From positions 350,852 through 414,851 of the forward strand of contig NMRA01000215.1 in NCBI GenBank assembly GCA_002633005.1: DNA of 64,000 nucleotides, given 5' to 3'. Position 1 is the first letter of the stretch; each line of letters opens with the position of its first letter. Source of the DNA: Phoronis australis. Lineage: Eukaryota; Animalia; Phoronida. Both the position numbers and the translations under genes were made by a program. Under the pieces are notes generated by a model that saw only the letters and a list, made by a program, of their open reading frames with translations, searched no databases and had not been told where the DNA came from. Of this stretch, positions 1 through 38,390 are shown piece after piece.

Positions 1-423
1 GACTGTAATCAGCTGATCATATCCGCATGAGCGAAGTCAATTATCCTCGCTCGTGACTCGATGAATAGAGCAGCTTGGCGGCATCCCTTTGAGCATGAGC
101 CGAGCGCGTCTCAGCCAAGGTGGATAAATACGGTCTAGTTCAATTTTCCATACCCCGCCGTTTACCTTAAACACCGGGGTTAGAACCAATTTTATTTAGT
201 GGGAATGTTCATAGCATGTGAAACAAATCTACTTCCTAATCACATAATCCTAGGCTTCGGATTTAATTCCTATTTGACTACAGATCTTGTAGAGACAACT
301 GGCTTCTACAGCAAAGAAATATGAACACAAATTTCTGAAAACAAGCAACAAAGATGTTTCTCTGAAGTATTTTATCTTTTCTGGATAATGATTCAAGACT
401 ATTATGTTCCAACTTCCAAGGCT

Positions 424-600
424 TCAGCAGTGTCACTGTGGTGAGGTGAACTCTCAACTAAAAGGTCATGGGTTCAACTCAGCAGTGTCACTGTGGTAAG
501 GTGAACTCTCATCTAAAAGGTCATGGGTTCAACACCTGACTGCTACAGTCATGTGATTGTGACCTTGATCAAGGTACTTAAAGTGAATATTAAGCCGTGT
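424..600 (+). mobile_element. Degenerate tRNA-derived SINE with a duplicated 55-bp head
   Basis: 424-478 and 479-533 are near-identical and end in B-box-like GGGTTCAAC; followed by gtgaccttgatcaaggtacttaa, a SINE-body-like motif. Confidence 0.5.
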
Positions 601-1814
601 TTAGTTTTGATTCAGACCACATGCCCCTATAAAATTGGTCGACTTGTTCCTTATTCAAATGAGATTTCTGGACTGTTAAGAACTGATTGATTGTTTGTTA
701 TTCCTCGAGACCATCCTTGATGAATAAAATATAAAATGACACGCCGTGTCAAGCCATCAACATGAAGAGAGTGGTCACAAGTAATAACAAACTCAGTTCT
801 TTTTAAGCCCTTACGTTGTCCCAAATTTGAATAAGGAACAATTTGAGACCATGTGGACTAATATAAATAATCGTGTCTTGATGATGAAAAGTGGCTTGAT
901 AGCCACTATGGTCTGCATTGCTAGAGTCAACTAGGTTATCAGCCACAGCTACGGCTAGGTAATAACCTGCGATGGAGTTGTATCCATACAAGGGAAGCTA
1001 AAAAAACTCTCATCTGCTGGCACTATAGATACTGAGGATAGCAATCGTTCCAAATGAGCCTAATTGTTCATTAAGGTTAACTTATCGGACAGTTTGATGT
1101 AGCTCTTCAGTCATCTCGTTGCTTAAATAATGCATCTAAAAAGATGCCAAGCACACAATAGGGAGCAACAATTTCGATTTCAAGAAGAACATTATCGCAA
1201 AGCAAAATGTATCAAACTTATTGTCCAATTGTGTAAGAGACTGAAACTTCGCAATGGCGGGGCTACCACATACAAAATGCACAAGTCCAAGTCAGTGTAA
1301 TACGACATGAAGTGTAAAAATGATGTTATTTCTGACAAGTGCTTATGGTTGTCACAAACGCCACACTACGTCTCCACTGTATCAGGAAGATTATGCCATC
1401 ATCCTGGCCAGAGACCACCAATATTTACTTGACACTTGACAAAATTGACCAGTCACGTCACATGGATTCGGAAAAGTTACAGACACCATGATATGCGATT
1501 CGTCAGTTATGAGTTTCGAGTAAAATTTGGAGGTCACAAACCCCAATCAAGGCAAGAGTTGTGTTTTTGTGTTTCAAATATCAAGCTACACTGCTGCATA
1601 GACCCGACACACAGCACATGACAAAAAAGTAATCGGACAAAATTACATTTTCCCTTTGAGAACTGTACACCGCTGGAGAGTTACGTAAACTTAACTCTTG
1701 GCCGTCACAGTGAGTATTCCGTCTACGCTCAGTCACTGAGATGAGTAATGTGGGGTGCCATTCAGTCCACTTATGTTTGGCGGGCACTTGACTCAAATTT
1801 GGCCATTCACCTAC

Positions 1815-1960
1815 CTGTAGTAGAGAAACTTTGACAACATGTTTCTGTTCTGCAATAAGTCTCGGCTCCTATTCTTCCGTTCCACGCATGCTTTCTCTTT
1901 GTCTGTCATGTTCTGCATCACCGTCTCGTAGAAAAACTTGCGCAGCCATTCCCACTCATC
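1815..1960 (-). CDS. EDRF1: EDRF1 coding exon 4
   Basis: Encodes DEWEWLRKFFYETVMQ...NMLSKFLYY; cacag| acceptor and |gtaggt donor. Confidence 0.9.
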
Positions 1961-4900
1961 CTGTGATGACGCGGCATTAGTAGCATTCCAATGGATTTTA
2001 GAATCTCAGAAATTTTGCAGAAATCTTTTAACCGGACTATTTCCATTGATTTGCCATGTCCTCAAACGTTAGCGATTCCCAAAAAGTTCTGAAGACCCTA
2101 TCTGCAGGCCTTGAAAATCCCCTTGTCAGACATCTGTGAGACTGATAACATCTGATTCTGTTTTGAATAAATAATTACCAAAACATAAGCTACCTGCTAT
2201 TGGTCTAGACCAGTTTGGCTTGGAATTTTGATCAAGTAAAAAAACGTAAACTCATGAACATATTCTACCTAAATTAATCATTGCAAAATTTAATGAAACA
2301 CAGATTCCCATCAAATTTGAGTCCCGAAGCAATAAAATTGTCCGACAAGATAATAGGATTATTCCAGACAATTTTCGGCAATACTATCTACCATCATACA
2401 AAACTAGGTTTACCCTCAAGAAGGTATGATGATGGTAAAATACTCAAGTGAATACACAGTAGAGCAACAATTTATGAAAAAGACAGCTAAATAAGGGAGC
2501 ATACAGTTTTTCGCAAATTCTATACCCAGTTAATATATAATCCTGTTTTCAGGTGTGCATTCAGCAAAGGCTAGTGGTATCAAACGTAGTGTTTGAAAGG
2601 AAATGTCATGCAATAAAACCAAAGCACTTGATTTCACTTGCTTCCACTCGCAAGTAACTAGAGTTACTGAGTGGACCCCCATTTTTTATGCTCTGTTGTC
2701 TTTGACCGATGGGACAATTTGCTCAAGGATGCTCGTTTTTTTGTCTAGCTGTCTCGTTTTGGTCAAAACTGCACAGTGAATTTTACCACAATTTCTTTTT
2801 CGTCATAACTATACTATCAGACATATAGATGCAGAAAGGAAAAATGAGACACTAAGATTGTGGAACATTTCTGAGATCATAACAATACCTTCTATATTGG
2901 GTTTTATGAGTCACTGTATAAAAAAGACAAGGAAATGAAATTTTCTAGAACACGACACGTCTAGAAAATTGAATTTCTACCACATGCAAATTTCTTCATG
3001 TGACTCTCTACCTTTAAAAATGGCGTTGTTTGTCACTTTATTCTGACTTTTCCCATCACTTTCCACTCATCTGAGACTCGTAAAATTGCAGAACCTACGG
3101 CAAAACACCCCGAAATTTTAATTGGCTTTGAAAGTTTTCATGCCAGGTACTGCCTCATGGAATGTTCTTTTGTCTTTCAGGTAATGCTCTGAATATCTAA
3201 AATTGTTTAATGCCAGCAAGGACTTTTAAGACAGAATTAATTATGCTGTGTTTTCTAAGTCATCTTCTTATTCTAATTCATAGAGCCAGTTAATCGAATA
3301 TGACAAAAATCGTCTTGCGAACAGACTTTACACACCCCAAATTTGAGGAGCAAAGTCTTTCAAGAAACGATGACTATTAATGGATCCATTTTATCCCAGT
3401 TGTTGTTCATCACTCTATCCAAGCATACAAACTAGCAATGTATCAAAAGATTTGTTATAAGTCATGGCAACACTTTTACCGGACTTTCTCATACAGTGGC
3501 TTTTAAGTAAAAATATTTACCTGCTGTTTTCTCAGTAAATGTTTGTGTATATCAAACTGATCCAGTAGAAGCGTCTTGCCAACACGGTGGACCATCATAC
3601 TGACAGGTCCCTTGTTGTAACGAATCTTCAACAACTTTTTTATATTCTGGAATATGAATGGAGAATGGATTACCAATGGAAGCAAGACTGGGTCTTATGT
3701 TTCAAATTATATCAATTAAATGATAAAATTATCACAGTTTACTGTGTACAGTAAAGTCAAAGGAAACAGCATAGATGCAGGAAGGTCTCAAGGAATAACA
3801 AACTGACAGTTATTTGAAAGCCTAGAAATCTCTTCTAATCTGTGTAAAAAACGAGTTGAAAACTATTTCATCTAAATCACAAGTTAGTTTCCTTCATGGA
3901 ATACACGTATGTAGCCACATTAGCCAATGGAATGCAGATATATACTGGCCCCTTTAAACCAATGGAATTCAGGTATATACTGGCCCCTTTAAACCAATGG
4001 AATTCAGGTATATACTAGCCCCTTTAAACCAATGAACTAAAAACTGCTGGATTTAGACATTTCTTAAAATTTTGCATTATTAAGTAATATTACTTTAACA
4101 ATATGCCCTTAGAAATGTTAACTTAAAATTGTTTTACAACTAAAAAGTCCTTACTTATTTCATCTAAAACATAACATCATACCTCTGCGTCTGTTATCAC
4201 ATCGAGATCATCCACAAGGTCTAAACAACTGTGAGCCATGTCAAAGCTAAAACAAAAGCCAGGCAAGTTGAATGGTTAAGTTTTGAAGAGAAATTCACCA
4301 ACACCTATGCGCACTTGTTATGCTCCGATTTTTTTTCTAGAGTAAGCGCTTTATTAAGAAACAAATGAAGCGTAACAGACCTTTAACAAATCGTAGTTCA
4401 AACAAAAGGACACTAACAGACATACACATTCACACATCCTAAGAGAACTAAAAATAGAAAAAGAAAGAAAAAAATTAAGGTAAATGGTGTTAGTAATGGA
4501 GCCCACCTTCTACTGAAGTCACCAGACGGATTGTTATTGTCACACAAATAGTTTTCACGTTATGGCCTGATTTAGCAGACCAAGACATTTTACTCTGTTG
4601 CTGCTATGATCTGTGAGAGGATTATGTATACGCTCCCAAATCCTTGGATCTCAGTGATGCACCATTTGTTCATATGTTTATACACAACTTTTGACACGAA
4701 CACAACACAAATCTGGGAAAACAAGAATACCTTGTGATATAAGGCATGCATGCATATATTTGGCAGTCTGTTTCATAAAAAGGGACTTAAGACTTAAGTT
4801 TAATTAGGACCTTATCAATAAGTCTGTGTATTCAGACAATTACAAATGAAACCATAGACTCTAACTCAGTGAAAGTATTCATTTTCTGAAAGTAGATAGC

Positions 4901-7864
4901 CTGTAGAATTTGATTTTTGAATTTTTACCAATATGCCATCAATTGGGACACGTGGACCTGCCTTTTAGGGCAATGTAAAATCTCCAAAACTCAGTTTGTT
5001 TTCTAAATAATCGTTTTATTTTTTTCTTATTTTTTGATAACCTTTGGGTAAAGACAGGGCTCGACATAACGAACTGCAGGTCGCACTTGCGACATGAAAT
5101 TTGGAAATTCGAGCTGAGATTTTTGCCAGCTCGTATCAAGTGCGACCTAGAATTTCCAACATATGCGAGCTGAGTTTTTACACTTCTCTTCACATACCAG
5201 GCAAATATAAAGCAACTCGTGTGAATCCAACCGTTATTTTGGTTGTTGCCAAATCAAGCTCAAAAGAACACTAACTGAGAACAGCCCTACCGATGACTAG
5301 TAACCAAGTCATGTGAACATGGGATAATGCACAATCAATCTTTGACACGTTTCACTGGCTAACATTTTCGGATACTTTGCATATTTCCGGATGTGCCAAA
5401 GAAAGTTTCGGACCACAGCATGGCACGTGATGAAATGTCACAAAACAGCGGTGTTTCTACTAATTTTTAGATGATCCAACTTGCCAAACTTTGTGGTGGA
5501 AAAACAAATTTATTTTTCACGTAAGACGTCCTTATTATCAAATATCCACGACAAAATCCCTAGTATCGCACTGTGGCACTGGTTGGTCCCGTTGTTAGCA
5601 CGCAAACAGTCCCAGCAGATGACTGTGACTTAGAAATGTGCGTCTCGTTTTTTATCGCAAAAGACAGCAAACGTGAAAGTAACAACCCTATTAATCCCCA
5701 AACGACGTTCATGTCTTTACTTTCAGCAAAGTAGTTTTTGAGTTGCCAAGAAATTCTCAAACCCTTTACTTGTTTCTGAGGCTAAGTGCACTACATACGA
5801 GTCGTCTGTCACACGTTATTGCCAGCGTAATGTGTAGGCCTATTCCAGCGATTCAAGTGCCTGAACTCACGCGGGCGTACCACTCCAAAGCTGCACATCA
5901 AAAGAGAACAGCGACAGTCCTCAATGAAAGAGTATACCAACTTGGCTCTGTTAAGCACTCGGGTGCCAATGGTTTATTTGGCAATGAACTTAATATATTC
6001 CCACCGTTTAAGAAAGACCCGATGCTTTACGATATTCCCCGGGACCAATATAGCCCAGAACTGATATTTTCCTGTTCCGATGTTCCCTCAGGTCAATTTT
6101 CCTTAAGCCTTATGATCTATGCCTATTGCAACTAAACGGGTAGATGAGAAATTGCGCGCCTACTCCCCACCTTCAGAGTGTTTCATAATAAGCGCTCACT
6201 GCTCTACTGAGCGTCCCCCCTCAACTTTTGAGAATTTTCAATTAAACCTTAAGCTCAGGCTAGCGCCCATTATAGCGCACTACAAACGACTGCACGTGGT
6301 TTGAAATTGACACGTAGCCTATAAATAGCAAGTCACTCTCATTTTACACAGCAAATTCAGTCTTCAAAGAAACGTCTTTTCTCATTATGTAAAAACCAAC
6401 CCCGCCTTTGCTTTACACCTCCAAAAGAAATTAAGATTAGTGACATGTGTGTCATTTTGTGACTGCCCTATTTTTCCCGTACATGGAAGTTATTGAGGAG
6501 CAAACTTGAATTACCTGATAGATACCGTACGAATTCGGGAATTATTTCAAGGCTTTTCATTTCATGGAAAATTGTTGAGTACCTAAACAGCATAAATCCA
6601 ATATTTTTTTGTGACTTGCACTGATTTGTACCCATGCATCCGCATACGTCATTCGGCTAGGACAACGTTTCACAGATTTTTTCGACAGGATATTTTTCAA
6701 ACGTCATGTTAAGTTGCAAAGTTTGGGCTGCGAATAAAAAATGGAGAGACTTTGCACTCAGAGTTAGTTTGGGTCTTTAATGACATTGATCACAGTCATA
6801 TAGCAGGTCAGATCTAGCAAAATCACAGATGCCTTTTCGATGAATATTTTCTCCCTTTTCACATTGCAAACTTAGATAGATACTCAAAAGCACGTTTCAG
6901 TTAGAGAGCACTGATTCAACTTTCACGTCAGCAACAGCCTTTGAATGTTGGTTGTGAAGAACAGTACCGCCCTACCTGCATGTAAGAACTCAATTTTCTA
7001 ACCTGAAATTTGTGAGTATTTAATGCTGCAGGTAAGAGCATAATGTAAACATTTTCTCAATGATCTAAAAAAGCTATTTTGGTGCGTAAAAATGGCAGAA
7101 AAATTTTGAGACCAGGCATTTATGAATGCGAGCTGAATTTTCAGTGTCGAGCCCTGAAAGACAAAACTTTAAAGACAATTCCTAACACTGTTTTGAAGGA
7201 CAGAACACAAATTATAGTTTTATGTGAATCTGATCTGCCATTTTTGATTTCTGAAGTTCCAAAGTTAATCAAATTTGGGCATTTTTCTAGAATCCTGTAT
7301 AACCTTAAATCAGAAACTTCACCTTACGCTCTACTCTTGCTTGTTTCCCAAAAATACTTCCAGTAATGTAAGTATCAATGCTCGTTGCATACATCATTTT
7401 TTATAATTGTTTCTAAACAGGGATGTGCTAACAAGTGTATAGCAAATATTCAGGAATTGTGAAGTAAGAGCATAACTAAATTTCTAACTTAGTCTTTAAA
7501 AAAAGCTCCTTTCATGAAAAGTTGCTTAGAAGTTACTTTTCACGACACATGCTCTTAGCTAAATGTCCTGTCACTCGTTCAAGGTAGAGACACGGCACAC
7601 ATACCAACACATCTGAATCTGATGACGTAAAAACAACGCCATCTACCTGGAAAACTGTGATGTTTTCTTCTCTGCCGTCGTGATGTCCTGGATGTAACGA
7701 ACAAAACTGGGGTCACCACGCAACCAGTTCTCTGGAGGATTGTTGAGGTTAGTCCGAGGGTCCAGTTTGATGTACTGAGCAGGATATTGCATGGACGCAT
7801 ACTTGACCACAGCAGTGGACTTGACACTGCGACCCTCATCCGGATCAAGTTCTCGTTCAGCCAT
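1815..7864 (-). CDS. EDRF1: Erythroid differentiation-related factor 1 orthologue, 5' part (gene continues beyond left edge); join(complement 7647..7864, 4183..4246, 3521..3646, 1815..1960)
   Basis: Spliced translation MAERELDPDEGRSVKSTAVVKYAS...LNNPPENWLR...SQFSSFDMAH..DLDVITDAENIKKLLKIRYNKGPVSMMVHRVGKTLLLDQFDI...DEWEWLRKFF...LSKFLYYS matches the recalled EDRF1 N-terminus (VKSRAVVKYS, PPANWLR, SENIKKLLKIPYSK, VHRIGRTLLLDE, LSKFLYYS). GT-AG sites present; phases 2/0/0 are consistent. Confidence 0.93.
3521..3646 (-). CDS. EDRF1: EDRF1 coding exon 3
   Basis: Encodes NIKKLLKIRYNKGPVSMMVHRVGKTLLLDQFDIHKHLLRKQQ; cag| acceptor and |gtaaat donor. Confidence 0.92.
3924..4034. repeat. Minisatellite, 3+ copies of 35 bp
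   Basis: Unit ccaatggaattcaggtatatactggcccctttaaa at 3924, 3959, 3994. Confidence 0.95.
4183..4246 (-). CDS. EDRF1: EDRF1 coding exon 2
   Basis: cttttgttttag|...GAG|gtatga; encodes (S)FDMAHSCLDLVDDLDVITDAE. Confidence 0.9.
5055..7156. mobile_element. Non-autonomous hAT-like DNA transposon (2.1 kb) with 5-bp TSD
   Basis: Perfect 12-bp TIRs CAGGGCTCGACA / TGTCGAGCCCTG; AAAGA on both flanks; subterminal gcgagctga/gcgacc repeats at the ends. Confidence 0.75.
7647..7864 (-). CDS. EDRF1: EDRF1 coding exon 1 (ATG at 7864; acceptor 4 nt upstream implies a non-coding first exon)
   Basis: ttgctatttcag|GACAATGG acceptor; CCAG|GTAG donor; VKSTAVVKY and PPENWLR motifs. Confidence 0.88.
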
Positions 7865-8093
7865 TGTCCTGAAATAGCAAGCACTTTGGTTGAAAGCGGC
7901 TATAAATCCGCATATCATCAAAGAACAAGTTTGGCAAGTCACAGCACTATCATACAAGTTCATCCAGTGTCACCTTTCCATCCAACAGACCACCATCACC
8001 AAAGAACATTCCAAACTGTCAACATGACTCATAGTCTTAACAGATCTTGACATAAGCGAGTAAACACTCAAAAATACCAGAGCAAAAGGAAAA

Positions 8094-8523
8094 TAGTAGT
8101 AATAATAATGTGTTTATTTGTATTGAAGACCTCTGGCCCAAAGTACAATAAACAAAACAATTAATCAGGCACATTTGCACAAGCAGTCAACCCATTTAAG
8201 AGTTGTTCTCATCTTTTAAGGGCAAAATATACATATTTAACAGCAGATATATCTGGATTAGCGAGCAGGCGTATACAGGATTCTTGAGTTGGATGCCTCC
8301 ATTGAAATTCCTTCATAAAATGTGTCCTAAGTTCACAATATCCCTTGCAAACCAACAGGAAATGGTATTCATCCTCTACAAGACCATCATTGCAAGCCAT
8401 ACATAATCTATTGTAATAATCCACTTTCTCATGTCTACCCACTTCCACTTGTAGTCTGTGGTTAGAGCAACGTAAACGAGTAAACGCTTGAATAAGACTA
8501 TTGTGTTAATAACTTTTTGAAAA
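8094..8523 (-). mobile_element. 5'-truncated LINE (CR1/L2-group) 3' end
   Basis: EVGR...RLCMACNDGLVEDEYHFLLVCKGYCELR C-terminal Zn motif; AATAAA followed by an (ATT/ACT)n tail. Confidence 0.8.
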
Positions 8524-9085
8524 TAGTAGTAGTAGTAGTAGTAATACACTTTATTCACATTAAGACAAAAAATACGACTACGGTAATACAAATTAACGGT
8601 TATGGAGATTCTGTGAAAGACACAAAGGGTCCGCTGACCACGGAGCCACCAGAGCAAAAAAAAATACAAAGTTACAGATAATCAGAATTACAAAATTAGG
8701 TGATAGGAAGGTTATTAACGATATGAGGTAAGGCATTGCGAACGGAATCTTCGGCAAATGATTTAGTAGAACGAAGAGTTTGCAAAAGATGCCGTTGCCT
8801 AGTGTAATGATCATGAATAGAACCAAGGGTTATTAAATTGAGCGTGTTAAAAAATGAAGGTAAGTAATTATGAACATATTTGTAGAAAAATTTTATAACA
8901 ATAACATACAAGCCCTTTATTTTGAGTACCTGTGTAGTCCTAAATAAAAGATCCGTGTGGACATTAAAACAACTAGAGGTAATAGTGTGAATAACCTTTT
9001 TCTGTAATTTGAATATTCTATGATGTTCACACCCATAGCAGAATGCCATAATTAAAATGAGGAAGGACAAGACCATTATACTCGT
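8524..9085 (-). mobile_element. 5'-truncated LINE (L2/Crack/Daphne-like) 3' end
   Basis: RIFKLQKKVIHTIT...HTDLLFR...HDHYTRQ...NNLP C-terminal motifs; AATAAA followed by a (TAC)n tail. Confidence 0.8.
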
Positions 9086-10231
9086 AACTTTCGTACAGAC
9101 ACAGATTTTTTTCTTGCTTTGGTCCCCACTTTTCATGCACTCAAATTCGTAAATATCAGTTTAAATCTGCAATCACTTGTATTTTTGAATGACCTTGAGT
9201 GCTGCTTAATACCAATTCATGATATTCACTAAAATTCATTATTTAGCTTGGCTTTAAAAGAACAGTGACTCATCAGGTTCATTAAGACTACTGTCAAAAT
9301 AAATATTTGGACAGTATTGTACCTAGACTAATTTTAGTCAGCTAGTTAGCTGTGTACAAATGACTTTAACATCAAAACACAGCTAGTGAAAGATTTGTAA
9401 AAAAAATTGTCAATATAAGCAAAGTTTTCTTTTTATGAGGTTGAACTTTCAACGAAACTTGCATCAAAATGTTGCACATCCAGACGTTTACGTTTTTGAA
9501 ACCCGGCCTTCAAGTCTTCAAATGAGATGACACCACAGTCCACTACAATGATTTGTCATCTCAGCATTTCAAATTCTGTCGTTCTAGTATGTTGATGCAT
9601 GGAAGTGGTTTGTATTCATGAATGAATAAAGATTCCCTCACTCTATTCTCAACGTATGTTTACAACTCCTACATGCACTGTCCCTTATGAACCTTTAAAA
9701 AACACAATCTGCATGTAGAAGATGAGTTTCTTCCATCTCTAGAGTCCCGCTTGTGACATACGCATGCACCGTTTGGTTTATTTTTAGTTTAGTGATAACT
9801 TCACTGAAGCGAAATTTGCTCAGAATTTCGATTGCTAAAGAAATACTCAAAAATGTTAGCGAAGTGCAACTACTTCTGACAACATGTTATGAACCATGTG
9901 AAAAAAGGCAGTGGTTTGAAGAATACAGATCATGGTGCTCATAGCTGACGCATTTCTTTGAAGTCATGCAAAATAACCCTTTTGTTTAGAGCAGTATGAA
10001 TTTTAATGTCATTACTTTTGTGTTACATTTTGTTTTGCTCACTTCTCATATAGCTAGTTCCATAGTTAATAGTTCCAAAGCTTTGTATCAATTAACATTT
10101 GGCTCGTGTCTCATAACGATCACATGTCAGGCAGAGGAACCAGAGCTTGATAAGAAGCTGTTCCCGTGCTCCAGTCCATGCAGCCAAAAGACGGTGGCAC
10201 TGTCTAGGCAGTGCACGGGCGGCACACCATA

Positions 10232-10739
10232 GGTAGGGTGAGCAAACCCAAATACAAATTTCATCAGAAACACTTGAAAAGAGTGTTAAATGACAGCTTT
10301 AGACATGCCGTTTATAAAACTTTTTGAATTTTTCAAATCGGTTCGATGGTTCTCGAGTTATTTGAATTTTAGAGCCTCAAAAATGGCCTTTTTTTCAGCA
10401 AACGGCACCNAACAGTTTGATATAAATATCATTAAAATCGGTTCAGTAACGGCCATTTAACAGCTGAAAGTTTGACCCCTACTGAAAGTCACAAGAATTT
10501 ACCGGTGAGTGAAAAATTTGTGAAGTGCTCGCTTTACTTTAATTTTTAAAAATACTCATTAATGTCCAATTTATTTGTAATGGATATCATTAGAAAGAAG
10601 AAAAATTAAATATTTTACTGGCATTCTTTTCATTTTCCACCACTTAGTATACTAATACATATGAGCTTGTGAAAATCATGAAAAATGGCAAAATTTCGCT
10701 CTTGCTGAATTTCCGCCATATTGGTTTGCTCACCCTACC
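10232..10739. mobile_element. MITE with 17-bp TIRs inserted into a G-rich hAT-like terminus
   Basis: GGTAGGGTGAGCAAACC ... GGTTTGCTCACCCTACC flanked by ATA (equivalently a TAGGG TIR with 7-bp CCATAGG duplication). Confidence 0.8.
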
Positions 10740-11199
10740 ATAGGGGGCTGGGGGGCTGTGGCCTCCCTACTTTTTTCAGTGATACGCTGTAGGCGGTGCA
10801 CAACAGGGGGGCTGAGGGGGCTTTAGCCCCCCACATTTTTCCGTGCTGCTCAGCCTAGGTATCGCCGTGCGCATGTGATGCATTGCTTATACTTCGTTTC
10901 AGCTTCTGCGTCAATGACAACTATGAACACGTCTGAATCAGTGACAAAGACAAAGTTAATCAATGACAACTGTCCGAGTCCTGAAGAGCAACAAGAAATA
11001 CGAAAATACCATTCTAAAAACGATTAAAAGATCACGATACTCATTAGAAATTTATGCAAAAATCGTTTCAGAATCTGATGCATCAAATAACCACAAACCA
11101 CGGAATCACCGAGGAGGCCACGAGTCTTTCTGATTTCAATGCATACCAATGATCATGAGAAAATTAGTACCTATTTTCAACGAAAGGTACCATTGACAG

Positions 11200-11260
11200 G
11201 CAAAATGACGTCACTCACATTGAATTGTGGGATATTCCGCTACGCCATATTGGATTTTGG
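11200..11260. promoter_or_regulatory. Putative shared/bidirectional promoter of EDRF1 and FAM193
   Basis: Palindromic CRE TGACGTCA at 11206-11213 and YY1-like CGCCATATTGG at 11243-11253, 120-165 nt upstream of the FAM193 ATG. A candidate minus-strand donor (ATAG|GTACT) lies at 11171/11170. Confidence 0.55.
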
Positions 11261-11370
11261 TTATTTCTGTAGTGGGTTGAAAGTGTATTAAAATTTCCAG
11301 TATCGCATACATGAGTGAGTGACGAGGATTAATAGAAGAAGAACTTTTCTTTTAACCATTGAATTTAGTG

Positions 11371-38390
<27,020 letters not shown>

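Noticed and set aside
803-1036. Candidate next EDRF1 exon
   Set aside because: The acceptor near 1032 hits a stop in the required phase, and ORF 803-991 has no EDRF1-like motif. Exon 5 is not identified and probably lies outside the window.
5743-6135. 130-aa ORF in an EDRF1 intron
   Set aside because: Non-ATG start, no recognisable domain, and it lies inside the non-autonomous element.
7579-7884. Overlapping alternative 101-aa frame in EDRF1 exon 1
   Set aside because: No homology or compatible downstream exon; the other frame matches EDRF1.
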